From positions 5,910 to 69,909 of the forward strand of contig CABYTP010000003.1 in NCBI GenBank assembly GCA_902521955.1: a stretch of 64,000 nt of DNA, in the 5' to 3' direction. Each line of letters begins with the position of its first letter. The first letter of the stretch is position 1. Under the pieces are notes generated by a model that had not been told where the DNA came from, did no database searches, and worked only from the letters and a program-made list of their open reading frames with translations. Source of the stretch: an uncultured Candidatus Actinomarina sp. Lineage in GTDB: Bacteria > Actinomycetota > Acidimicrobiia > Actinomarinales > Actinomarinaceae. Shown piece by piece: positions 1-8,806 of this stretch. A program made the translations under genes and the position numbers.

Positions 1-196
1 GAGTATTTTCATCATTTGTAGTTTGAAGCATGAGATATATTGAAAACCCCATAAGCAAGCTCCCTAGTGTGTACATATATAAACTGACCACTGATGAAAT
101 GATATTATTTGAAATTTTTGAAATAATGTTGTTTGTTTTTACAATATTCATACAACAATATATTAATAGTTTTTATATTAAAATAAGATTAAGAAT

Positions 197-421
197 ATGG
201 ATTTAATAGATACACCTAACCCAAATGCAAAGAAAGTGGTAATTGATTTATCTGCTCCCGAGGATAAAGAACTTGGCAACAAATTATCGAGTGAAGTAAA
301 TGGAATTCATGGAGTATCTTCAGTTTTTCTTGGCCCTGGATTTGTAACTATTATAAAAGAAGAAAACACAGAGTGGGATTCAATAAATCAAGACATTATT
401 AACATCTTTGATAAACTGTAA
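197..421 (+). CDS. Nfu/NifU N-terminal (Nfu_N)-like small protein
   Basis: 74 aa. The pattern TPNPNAKK ... FLGPGFVTIIK ... W resembles the Nfu_N scaffold-domain signature (TPNPNALKF ... F.TV.K). Lies in a neighbourhood of Fe-S genes. Confidence 0.5.
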   Translation: MDLIDTPNPNAKKVVIDLSAPEDKELGNKLSSEVNGIHGVSSVFLGPGFVTIIKEENTEWDSINQDIINIFDKL

Positions 422-424
422 TGT

Positions 425-1033
425 ATGGAAACCTTTAATCAAGATCCAAAACCAGGAAGATTAATTTTACCTTTAGTTTTAATAGGCATGATTGCTACAA
501 CTTACACATTTATAAATAGAGTAGCCGACAATAATCAATTAGAAATAATTGAAGAACAACCTATTGAACAGGTAGAAGAAGTTGTTGATGAAGATACTAC
601 AACAACTTCAACCACAACAACGACGCTGCCAAGTAATTATGTAGAATACCTTGAAGAAATTACTGCTGAGAAAATACAGGCAATAGAGCTCGGCAAAAAA
701 GTCTTGGAGGCCAACGAAAAGTGGGATGAAAAATCTATAACTTATCAAGAAGCAAAACAGGAATTTGCAGAATTTATCAATGACACGGAGTTGTTTACAA
801 ACATTATTGCAGAGCCTGGACCGCCTGCAGAATTTAGTAATTTAGTTTCAAGCCACAATGAATTAATCACATTAGTAAATTTAGTTTACAACGATACTAT
901 TGAATTGCTTGCAGGACTTGAATCCTCAGATACTGGAGAGCAAAGGGCAGCTGCACTGAATTCTTTCAATACAAACCTTGATCAGTTTATAAATAAAATT
1001 GAAGAAATAGTTGCTGCAGCAACTTCTAGCTAG
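425..1033 (+). CDS. hypothetical membrane-anchored protein with acidic and Thr-rich linker
   Basis: 202 aa ORF starting 3 nt after the previous stop. One N-terminal hydrophobic helix (LILPLVLIGMIATTY), then an E/T-rich low-complexity stretch. No recognisable motif. Confidence 0.45.
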   Translation: METFNQDPKPGRLILPLVLIGMIATTYTFINRVADNNQLEIIEEQPIEQVEEVVDEDTTTTSTTTTTLPSNYVEYLEEITAEKIQAIELGKKVLEANEKWDEKSITYQEAKQEFAEFINDTELFTNIIAEPGPPAEFSNLVSSHNELITLVNLVYNDTIELLAGLESSDTGEQRAAALNSFNTNLDQFINKIEEIVAAATSS

Positions 1034-2054
1034 AAGCTGATGAACAAACTGTATCGATCATCAACATTGCAATAACATAAGGGTCGCCATTTGCATTTGG
1101 TCGTCTGTCTTCTAGGTATCCTTTTTTGTCTACTTCAACTTGCCAAGGAATCCTGATCGACGCACCTCTGTCACTAACTCCATAAGAGAAGGTATCAAAA
1201 CTTTGAGTTTCATGATCCCCTGTTAATCTGTCTTCAATATTTGCACCATAATTTTTAACGTGTAAATCTGCATTCTTACCAAGAGCTTCACAACCTGCCA
1301 CTATGGCGTCAAATCCACCATCTTCCCTCATTTGTTTAGTTGAAAAGTTAGTATGCATACCAGCACCATTCCAATCACCTTTTACAGGTTTTGGATCTAG
1401 AGTTGCAGAGATATTCCAGTCTTCAGCAATTCTATAGAGTAACCATCTAGCAATCCAGATATGGTCGCCTATCTCTGGTGCTCCAACTGGTCCTATTTGA
1501 AATTCCCATTGCCCAGGCATAACCTCAGCATTAGTACCTGATATTTCTAAACCAGCTTCCATACATGCTGTCGCATGTGCTTCTGAAATATCACGTCCAT
1601 ACACCTCATCTGCGCCTACACCGCAGTAATAACCTCCTTGTGGAGCTGGGTAACCTGAAGGAGGAAAACCAAGTGGTTGTCCGTACTTTAGTGAATCGTA
1701 AGATTGTTCATAAAATGTATATTCCTGTTCCATACCAAACCATGGTTCAAACTCAGAAAAGTTTGATGCAGACTCTACTAGTGCTGCTCTTGTGTTTGAG
1801 GAGTGGGGAGTCAAGTCAACATTTAATACTTCACACATAACTAAAATGTTGTCTCCACCACGAATGGGATCTTTAAATTGCGAAACTGGCTTTAATACAC
1901 AATCTGAAGCGTCTCCAACAGCTTGTTGGGTACTAGAACCATCAAAGCCCCAAATTGGTGGCTCTGTGCCCTTATCCATAATCTTTGTTTTACTCCTTAA
2001 TTTTGCGGTAGGAGTCTGACCGTCAATCCATATATATTCTGCTTTTATCTTCAT
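1026..2054 (-). CDS. glnII: glutamine synthetase type II (GSII)
   Basis: About 340 aa, which is GSII length. From the ATG at 2054 the N-terminus is MKIKAEYIWIDG, the classic GSII start. GS motifs NAEVMPGQWEFQIGP and GAGMHTNFS are present. The track ORF extends to a TTG at 2078, which I consider less likely. Confidence 0.9.
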   Translation of the reverse strand: MKIKAEYIWIDGQTPTAKLRSKTKIMDKGTEPPIWGFDGSSTQQAVGDASDCVLKPVSQFKDPIRGGDNILVMCEVLNVDLTPHSSNTRAALVESASNFSEFEPWFGMEQEYTFYEQSYDSLKYGQPLGFPPSGYPAPQGGYYCGVGADEVYGRDISEAHATACMEAGLEISGTNAEVMPGQWEFQIGPVGAPEIGDHIWIARWLLYRIAEDWNISATLDPKPVKGDWNGAGMHTNFSTKQMREDGGFDAIVAGCEALGKNADLHVKNYGANIEDRLTGDHETQSFDTFSYGVSDRGASIRIPWQVEVDKKGYLEDRRPNANGDPYVIAMLMIDTVCSSASS

Positions 2055-2087
2055 GAAAGTAATGTAATATGTATTCAAAGAAATGTT

Positions 2088-2114
2088 GTTACATAAATAT
2101 TAAATTATTGTTTC
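2088..2114. promoter_or_regulatory. candidate GlnR boxes in the glnII/glnR divergent spacer
   Basis: GTTAC(2088-2092)-n6-ATTAA-n6-GTTTC(2110-2114). On the other strand this reads GAAAC-n6-TTAAT-n6-GTAAC. The 5-mers are phased at 11 bp and resemble the actinobacterial GlnR half-sites GTnAC and GAAAC. Confidence 0.3.
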
Positions 2115-2117
2115 CAA

Positions 2118-2747
2118 ATGATAGATGCATATATAAACATAGAAAAAACTCATAAAGAGTTTGATCAACATTTAAAAGATGTTGGTATTAATAAACTCGT
2201 ATTAAAAAGTGTGCAAAGTCCTAAACAAATTAAATTAGTTGTTACTTCCCTTAGTAAATATGGGAATACTAAAAAAAATCTCTCTGATTTAGAATCATCA
2301 AACAAACCTTTCCCAACATTAATTATTGTAGATGATGACCAATTTGTTCAGACAATTGATTTAGTTCAAAACCCACAAATAGAACTAGTTTCAAGCAGTA
2401 GCAAATTAGACGAGATTTCAGCAAGAGTACATGCTCTGGTCGGAGAAGGAGAGTCAGAAATTCTTGAATTCAAAGATTTAACTATAAACTTGAAAACCTA
2501 TGAAGCTAAAGCTGGTGACATACTTTTAGACTTAACTTTTATGGAATATGAATTGTTGAAGTTTTTTGTTGAGAACCAAGAAAGTGTCTGGTCAAGAGAA
2601 GACTTGCTAGAAAAAGTATGGGGATATGATTATTTTGGTGGAGCTAGAACTGTAGATGTTCACGTCAGACGATTACGTGCAAAGTTGGGTGACCTTAGAA
2701 ACGATTGGATAAAAACTGTGCACTCAGTAGGTTATAAATTTAACTAA
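2118..2747 (+). CDS. glnR: OmpR-family orphan regulator GlnR (nitrogen regulator)
   Basis: The C-terminal winged helix [14 protein letters not shown] ... [26 protein letters not shown] ... VHSVGYKF is almost identical to the GlnR signature [26 protein letters not shown]. The N-terminal half is an atypical receiver. The gene is divergent from glnII. Confidence 0.8.
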   Translation: [209 protein letters not shown]

Positions 2748-3087
2748 AGCTATTGCCACAACCACAGGTTCTTGATACATTTGGATTATCAATCGAAAAT
2801 CCAGTTTCCATTAATCCTTCTTTGTAATCAAGTGTCGCACCTTTAATATGTTCTAAACTTTGAGCATCAACAACAATACTGACTTCTCCATACTCTTCAA
2901 TAACGTCGCCATCAAATTTGTCAGTGTCAAAAAACATTTCATAAGAATATCCTGAGCAACCACCGGGTTTTACACCCATTCTTAGGAAACTCTCTTTAGA
3001 ATCCTGTTCGGCTTTTAACTCTATTAGTTTGCTTACAGCATTGTCTGTTGCAAGAACAGTTCTTGATGATTTAATTTGTATATCCAT
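2740..3087 (-). CDS. A-type Fe-S cluster carrier (HesB/IscA/ErpA/SufA family)
   Basis: 115 aa with GGCSGY in the middle and a C-terminal CGCGNSF motif, the three conserved Cys of A-type carriers. Confidence 0.85.
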   Translation of the reverse strand: MDIQIKSSRTVLATDNAVSKLIELKAEQDSKESFLRMGVKPGGCSGYSYEMFFDTDKFDGDVIEEYGEVSIVVDAQSLEHIKGATLDYKEGLMETGFSIDNPNVSRTCGCGNSFS

Positions 3088-3164
3088 AGGTTTATTATAG
3101 CAAAGATGTAATTATTCAATAAATTTGTAATTACATCTTTTATAAAATTACTTAGAATAACAAT

Positions 3165-4292
3165 ATGGTACAAAATGATATTTTATTAAAACACCTGTCA
3201 TCAATATATGACCCTGAATTGGCAGTTAATATAGTCGATTTAGGCATGGTAAAAGATATCAAACATGTAGAGAAAGATGTGCATATAAAGCTAGCTTTAA
3301 CTATTGCTGATTGTCCGATGAGAAATCAGATAGAAACAGAGATAGAAAGAAAGCTACTTTTATTGGAAAATGTTGATTCTGTTGAAATTACAACAACAGC
3401 TATGAACCAAGAAGATCGTACCGCGGTAATGGAAAAAGCAAGGAAAAAGGCAAGAGAAAATGCTCAGCCAACGAATATAAATCCTAGAACAAGAGTTGTT
3501 GCTATTGGAAGTGGAAAGGGTGGCGTGGGAAAATCTACTCTATCAGCAAATATAGCTCTTGGTTTATCGAAAGCTGGATTTAAAACTGGATTGCTTGATG
3601 CAGACATATGGGGTTTCTCAATACCACGATTATTGGGAATTACAGGAAGAATAGAAGCCAATGAAGATAAGAAAATGGTACCTTACAAAATTAATGACCT
3701 TGAAGTTGTTTCAACTGGATTAATTACTAGCGATGAAGATACTGCACTGATGTGGCGGGGGTTAATGCTCAGTAAAGCTCTGGAGCAGTTCCTAACTGAT
3801 GTCGAATGGGGAGAGTTAGATTATTTAATAATAGATCTTCCACCTGGTACTGGAGATATTCAAATGGCACTCAGTAGACTCCTACCACAAGCTGAACTTA
3901 TAGTTGTAACAACACCTCAGCTAATGGCGCAGAAAGTTGCAACAAGGGTTGCTGATATGGCCAAAAGAAGTTTCATCCCATTGCTTGGAGTGATAGAAAA
4001 TATGTCATACTTTGAATCTAATTCAGGTGAAAAATTTAACATATTTGGAGAAGGTGGTGGAGAGACTTTGTCAGAAAAATTTGGACTGCCACTGTTGGCT
4101 AAAATTCCTATTAGTGAAGATACAAACAATAAAGCTGATGGTGGAATTCCACTTATTAACCAGGAAAATAACTCTTCAACTAAATTAGCGATTGAAAAAC
4201 TTGTAAAAGATATAGCAATAAAACTACCTCCTGTTGTAGATGAAACATGTACAGGTAGGCTTGCAAAAGTTTTTGAAGAACTTTCAAAGTAA
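3165..4292 (+). CDS. apbC: Mrp/ApbC family Fe-S cluster carrier ATPase with N-terminal DUF59/MIP18 domain
   Basis: N-terminal IYDPELAVNIVDLGMV (DUF59). Deviant Walker A GSGKGGVGKST. DLPPGTGD and a CxxC-less Mrp core. Confidence 0.85.
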   Translation: MVQNDILLKHLSSIYDPELAVNIVDLGMVKDIKHVEKDVHIKLALTIADCPMRNQIETEIERKLLLLENVDSVEITTTAMNQEDRTAVMEKARKKARENAQPTNINPRTRVVAIGSGKGGVGKSTLSANIALGLSKAGFKTGLLDADIWGFSIPRLLGITGRIEANEDKKMVPYKINDLEVVSTGLITSDEDTALMWRGLMLSKALEQFLTDVEWGELDYLIIDLPPGTGDIQMALSRLLPQAELIVVTTPQLMAQKVATRVADMAKRSFIPLLGVIENMSYFESNSGEKFNIFGEGGGETLSEKFGLPLLAKIPISEDTNNKADGGIPLINQENNSSTKLAIEKLVKDIAIKLPPVVDETCTGRLAKVFEELSK

Positions 4293-5587
4293 TGGAAAAT
4301 ATATCTGTTAATAACCTAACTGACTCTACAAATTCTTCTTTGCCAAGAGATATAAAAGTTTTATTAGCTAGAAAAGTTCTTGCAGAAGAAAAAAATATTC
4401 AAATAGCTACTGAAAAATTTTCTGAAATAGTTAAGAATTTAGAACAAAAAAAACAAAGAGAAGTTATCAATGCTACTGGTACAGTTTTGCATACTAATTT
4501 AGGTAGATCTCCAAATAACACAAACTTTTCAGGCAGATATTCAAATATTGAATATGACTTAAATGATTTTAAAAGAGGAACAAGAAATGAATACCTGACT
4601 TCATCTCTAAGTAGTTTTCTTAAATGTGAAGATGTAGCATTTGTAAACAACAATGCATCTTCTCTGTATTTGTCCCTGCGTGCACTGGTAAAAAATAATG
4701 AATATGAGAATGTCATTATTTCTAGGGGGGAAATAATTGAGATTGGGGGATCATATCGACTACCTGAGATAATTAATGAAACTGGACTCAAAATGATTGA
4801 AGTTGGAACTACCAATAAAACCAAGTTGAATGATTACACAAAAGCACTAAAAAATTTTCCTAACTCAATAATATTAAAAGTTCATAGATCAAATTATTCA
4901 ATTTCTGGTTTCACAGAAGAAGTAAGTATAAAAGAACTTGCTGAAATTAGAGATAATTATGAGACTGTTCTATTACATGATCTTGGAAGTGGCTTGGTTA
5001 TAGATAGAAAATTTCTTGAAATAAATAATATCAATATATTCAACAATGAAACTTCTGTTCAAAATTCCCTAGATGATGGTTCTGATTTAGTTATGTTTTC
5101 AGGTGACAAGCTTTTTGGTTCTGTTCAGTCAGGAATAATTGCCGGAAAAAGTAATCTCATAGAGGACATTAAAAAATATAGCCTTTTTAGGACCTACAGA
5201 TGTTCACCATCAATCCTATTTGAACTTCAAGAAACTGTTTCCCGCTATCTAAATAAAAATGAATCAAGTATTCCTTTTTGGCATTTGATGACACAGAGCT
5301 ATAAATCACTTGAAATTAGGTTAAATAATATCGTTACAGACTCCAATTTTAAATTTGATATTGAAGAAGGAACCAGTTTGATTGGAGGTGGTACTCTTCC
5401 TGAAGTTACCATGAAGTCACCTGTATTGCTTTTAAAAGAAGAGGGTAAAAGCTCTACACTTGAAAAATTATTACAAAATGAGATACCTATCATTCCACAT
5501 TTTTATAAAAATAGAATCTGTATTGACTTACGAAGCGTATTTGAAGATCAAGACAAAATAATTAAAAGTTGCCTAAATAAACTATGA
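4292..5587 (+). CDS. selA: L-seryl-tRNA(Sec) selenium transferase
   Basis: INATGTVLHTNLGRS matches the SelA signature (NxTGTVLHTNLGRA). FSGDKLFGSVQSGIIAGK matches the PLP-lysine region FSGDKLLGGPQAGII. The start ATG overlaps the apbC stop (TAATG). Confidence 0.85.
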   Translation: MENISVNNLTDSTNSSLPRDIKVLLARKVLAEEKNIQIATEKFSEIVKNLEQKKQREVINATGTVLHTNLGRSPNNTNFSGRYSNIEYDLNDFKRGTRNEYLTSSLSSFLKCEDVAFVNNNASSLYLSLRALVKNNEYENVIISRGEIIEIGGSYRLPEIINETGLKMIEVGTTNKTKLNDYTKALKNFPNSIILKVHRSNYSISGFTEEVSIKELAEIRDNYETVLLHDLGSGLVIDRKFLEINNINIFNNETSVQNSLDDGSDLVMFSGDKLFGSVQSGIIAGKSNLIEDIKKYSLFRTYRCSPSILFELQETVSRYLNKNESSIPFWHLMTQSYKSLEIRLNNIVTDSNFKFDIEEGTSLIGGGTLPEVTMKSPVLLLKEEGKSSTLEKLLQNEIPIIPHFYKNRICIDLRSVFEDQDKIIKSCLNKL

Positions 5588-7257
5588 CGGTACTTGCTAC
5601 TGCTGGTCATGTTGATCACGGTAAATCGACATTAGTTAATTTTTTAACGAATCAAGAAACAGATAGGTTAGAAGAAGAAAAAAGCAGAGGCTTAACAATA
5701 AATCTTGGTTATACCTATTTCGAATACAAAAAAAGAGCTATTTCAATAGTTGATGTTCCCGGCCACCAGGATTATTTTAAAAATACAATTGCTGGGTTTT
5801 CGAATGTGAATGGAGTCTTGTTTTGTATTGATTCAATTCAGGGATGGTCAAAACAGTCGGAAGAACATTTTAGATCAATTGTAAGCTTGGGAATTAGAGA
5901 TATCTTTGTAATTTTTACCAAGACAGACTTACTAGTGAGCAATCTAGAAAAAGAACCTGTCGTAAAAAAATTTTCAGATGTTAAAGACTTAAATTTTAAA
6001 ATTACAGAATTTAGTTCAAAAACGAGTAATAAAGAAGTTCTACATAAAGAGATTAATGATTTTTTTAAAGATAATGAGTCTTATAAAGAAGGAACTATTT
6101 GGGTTGATAGAACTTTTTCAATAGAGGGTATCGGCACCGTTGTAACCGGAACAGCTAGTAAATATATTGATTTAAGTAGGTTGTATCTAGGTGATAATAA
6201 AAACCCTCTGGAAGTTAAAAAAATACAAAGTCTTGGAAAAGATGTAAATAAAATTGATTCAACATCAAGAATTGCTATCTCCCTTAAAAAAAATCCTTCT
6301 CAGACCCTTCAGAGAGGAGATATTCTTTCAAATAATTTAATAGATAAATCTGAGTATATTCTTCTAGAGACTGAAAACGAATCAGAGTCTTTTAAAAGAA
6401 AAGGTACTATTAGAGCTTATTTCGGGACATCTAATCAAATTGTAAAACAGGTCAAATACTTAAGTGCCGTTGACACAAACATTGCAGTAATTCAATTAGA
6501 TAAACCGATGAGCATTACTGAGGGTCAAAGTGTTCTTTTACACGATTTATCAAAAAATGAGTTTTTAGGAGGAGAAGTTTTATTAAAGACTAGTAATAAG
6601 TTTCATATAAAAAAACTCTTAAAAAACAAGGAACCGCTGGATAGAAATTCATTATTTGAAATTTTAACTTTTACTCCTAAAAAATATTTAGATGAAAATA
6701 TTTCTTATATTGAAATTGAAGATAAATTTATTTCAATAGAAAAACTAAATCTTATAAATAAAAATATTACTGATAACTTAAAAATAGTAAATACTTCTGG
6801 TGTTGAGGATTACTTTTATAAAATACTCTTTATTGAAGCAAAGTTAATAACAAAAATTTTGGAGCAAATAAATGAATTTGATGTAGTGAAGAATCAAATT
6901 ATTCTTAATCAAAAAACAAAGGTTGATTTATCAATTTATAAAAAAATTCTTAACGAAATAACATCTGAATTAAGTATTAAAGAAGTCGAGATATTGAAAT
7001 ATGACAAAGAGGCTGTGAAAGCACTTTTTATGAATAACTATCTTTATAGAATTAATAAAAAATTAGTGATTTCAGTTGATCATAGGGATAAATTGATTGG
7101 ATTATTAAAAACTCTGCCAGAGGCTTTTACGGTAAAAGAATTTAAAGATGCAACAAATTTGTCAAGAAAGTATGCAATTCCATATTTAGAATTTTTAGAT
7201 AGGGAGTCTCTAACTACAAAGATTGATGATAGTGGGAAGAGAAAGAAGCTAGTTTGA
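5584..7257 (+). CDS. selB: selenocysteine-specific translation elongation factor
   Basis: N-terminal ATAGHVDHGKSTL, VDVPGH and TKTD GTPase motifs in SelB arrangement. The long C-terminal extension carries YAIPYLEFLD, typical of the SelB winged-helix SECIS-binding domain. ATGA overlap with selA. Confidence 0.85.
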   Translation: MTVLATAGHVDHGKSTLVNFLTNQETDRLEEEKSRGLTINLGYTYFEYKKRAISIVDVPGHQDYFKNTIAGFSNVNGVLFCIDSIQGWSKQSEEHFRSIVSLGIRDIFVIFTKTDLLVSNLEKEPVVKKFSDVKDLNFKITEFSSKTSNKEVLHKEINDFFKDNESYKEGTIWVDRTFSIEGIGTVVTGTASKYIDLSRLYLGDNKNPLEVKKIQSLGKDVNKIDSTSRIAISLKKNPSQTLQRGDILSNNLIDKSEYILLETENESESFKRKGTIRAYFGTSNQIVKQVKYLSAVDTNIAVIQLDKPMSITEGQSVLLHDLSKNEFLGGEVLLKTSNKFHIKKLLKNKEPLDRNSLFEILTFTPKKYLDENISYIEIEDKFISIEKLNLINKNITDNLKIVNTSGVEDYFYKILFIEAKLITKILEQINEFDVVKNQIILNQKTKVDLSIYKKILNEITSELSIKEVEILKYDKEAVKALFMNNYLYRINKKLVISVDHRDKLIGLLKTLPEAFTVKEFKDATNLSRKYAIPYLEFLDRESLTTKIDDSGKRKKLV

Positions 7258-7509
7258 GATAAAAATTTCTTCTCTTTTTCTCTCTACTTCATTCAACCCA
7301 CCCCAAACACCGAAAGGTTCAGAAATTTCATTTGCTTCTTCAAGGCATTCAATTTTTACAGGACATCCACTACAAACTGCTTTTGCTTTTGCTTCCCTCT
7401 TCTCTCTGTCTTCTTTTTTTTCAAAAGTAGCAGGAGGAAAAAATAGATTACTGCTGTGTTGTCGACAGAGAGCATCGTATTGCCAAGTTGAAATTTTTAT
7501 TTGAAGCAT
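7249..7509 (-). CDS. WhiB-family (Wbl) Fe-S transcription factor
   Basis: 86 aa with C-x(n)-CxxCxxxxxC (ALCRQ ... CSGCPVKIEC) followed by the GVWGG turn. This is the diagnostic Wbl architecture. The 3' end overlaps selB by 9 nt, convergently. Confidence 0.85.
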   Translation of the reverse strand: MLQIKISTWQYDALCRQHSSNLFFPPATFEKKEDREKREAKAKAVCSGCPVKIECLEEANEISEPFGVWGGLNEVERKREEIFISN

Positions 7510-7515
7510 ATTAAA

Positions 7516-7560
7516 ACAATAAACTGCAATTTTTATGTGTAAAAAGATTTTTTTCGCGAA
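7516..7560 (-). promoter_or_regulatory. candidate whiB-like promoter with upstream TTCGCGAA palindrome
   Basis: On the minus strand: TTCGCGAA (7553-7560), 9 nt, TTTACA (7538-7543), 16 nt, TATTGT (7516-7521), 6 nt, ATG. This implies a leaderless or near-leaderless mRNA. Confidence 0.4.
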
Positions 7561-7568
7561 GTATTCGC

Positions 7569-8765
7569 TTATATTGACAATTTTCCGTCTTCTTCGGAAA
7601 GAATTACGTCCTGCATTTCTTTAAGTGATCTGTCTTTATTTTTATTAACAACTATTTGTTTAAGACCTAGCTTCACAAGAACCTGTTGTTCATTTAAAAC
7701 TTCTACTACTTGCGCTTTTTTACCGCTTAATGATGACATTGCGCTTGTGTCAGTAGTAAGTCTTGACCTAATTACAGTAGGTATTGCTATAAAGTAGAAA
7801 AAAGCCAACATTATTGAACAACCAAACATAAGAAATTGGTTAATTTTTAACTCATAATTGTTAAACATTACCAAGCACGATGAATGAAGTATCAGGAATG
7901 ATCCAATTCCTAAAAAGCCAAAATAACCTCTAGATAATATTTTTATATAAGTCAGGAAAGAGATTAGAAAAATAAATAATCCATAATAATTTAAACCAAA
8001 TTCATTAAATGTCATGGAGGAAAATGAAATTAAAAGAGCTCCAATAAATGCCATAATTCCTGGACCAATAGCAAATAATTCTAACCCAATCAAAGCAAAA
8101 CCCAGACCAAAAAACATATATGTAAATAAAGGGTTTGATATGGAAATATAAAACCGTTCGGCAATTGAAGGTTTAATAAATTTTATTTCTTGAATTGCAG
8201 ATGAATTTATATCAAAATTTACAACACCAATAGAAGTATCTATATTGGATGAAATATTTTCCATACCTAAGTTCTCTATAAAAGCTCCTATTGACCCAAC
8301 AATCATATATCCCTCATATATCCCTTCCTCACCACTAATTAATATCGTAGAGTCTGATTGTTGTGTAGTTTGTGTACATGTGTTAATCAAACATGAGTTG
8401 GAGTTAAGAAGATTTTTATTAGTATCGTTGGACATATTTGTTACTAAGGTTCCGGGAGATAAACCAACGTAGTCAAAACTCATAAGTAATTCTGAATTAA
8501 CTTCTGTTTTGTTTGGACCAACCCAAATAGCTTTTGGAATTGTAACGCTTTCTAAAATATCATTTAACTGCATGACGCTCTCTTCGCTTACGTCGTTTGC
8601 GTTGTACTGGATTATAAAAAGCTCATCTTCATCAAATTTGTTTTCATCAAAGTATCTTTCAATAGCATTAATGTGACCGCTAGAAAAAATTCCTTCAATC
8701 TCAAATATGCTTATCTGTGTTATGTTTACAGCTGCAAAAAATAATATCGGTAATAGTTTTAACAT
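7569..8765 (-). CDS. NfeD-like membrane protein (ClpP-class protease fold, apparently degenerate)
   Basis: 398 aa. Signal-like N-terminus, soluble N-domain, a block of about 5 TM helices and a short C-terminal beta-rich tail, which is the COG1030/NfeD layout. I could not see the usual TPGG and Ser-containing motifs. Confidence 0.4.
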   Translation of the reverse strand: MLKLLPILFFAAVNITQISIFEIEGIFSSGHINAIERYFDENKFDEDELFIIQYNANDVSEESVMQLNDILESVTIPKAIWVGPNKTEVNSELLMSFDYVGLSPGTLVTNMSNDTNKNLLNSNSCLINTCTQTTQQSDSTILISGEEGIYEGYMIVGSIGAFIENLGMENISSNIDTSIGVVNFDINSSAIQEIKFIKPSIAERFYISISNPLFTYMFFGLGFALIGLELFAIGPGIMAFIGALLISFSSMTFNEFGLNYYGLFIFLISFLTYIKILSRGYFGFLGIGSFLILHSSCLVMFNNYELKINQFLMFGCSIMLAFFYFIAIPTVIRSRLTTDTSAMSSLSGKKAQVVEVLNEQQVLVKLGLKQIVVNKNKDRSLKEMQDVILSEEDGKLSI

Positions 8766-8806
8766 TTTATATACTTAAATATATACAATAGTAGTCTTTT
8801 AAAACT

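Noticed and set aside
1-31. Possible minus-strand gene start (ATG at 29-31) leaving the window
   Set aside because: Only 10 codons are visible, so there is nothing to support a call.
590-625. Thr-codon run (TTTTSTTTTT) as a DNA repeat or contingency locus
   Set aside because: The codons are mixed (aca, act, acc, acg), so it is not a true simple-sequence repeat. It looks like an ordinary low-complexity linker.
1565-2019. Antisense or overlapping track ORFs inside well-supported genes. Examples are 1565-1840, 1792-2019, 3464-3661, 4399-4824, 9272-10003, 11017-11322, 16121-17066, 19282-19741, 22271-22729, 36176-36749 and 63071-63472.
   Set aside because: They lie opposite or out of frame within genes that have strong family signatures. 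They have low-complexity translations and no start context, so they are shadow ORFs.
2055-2078. TTG at 2078 as the glnII start (track ORF MNTYYITFMKIKAEY)
   Set aside because: GSII proteins begin about 2-3 residues before KAEYIWIDG. The ATG at 2054 gives that N-terminus, and the extension adds 8 non-conserved residues.
2740-3087. HesB-like selenoprotein next to selAB
   Set aside because: HesB-like selenoproteins are known from marine metagenomes. This gene, however, has all three Cys codons intact (CGCGNSF), no in-frame TGA, and ends in TAA.
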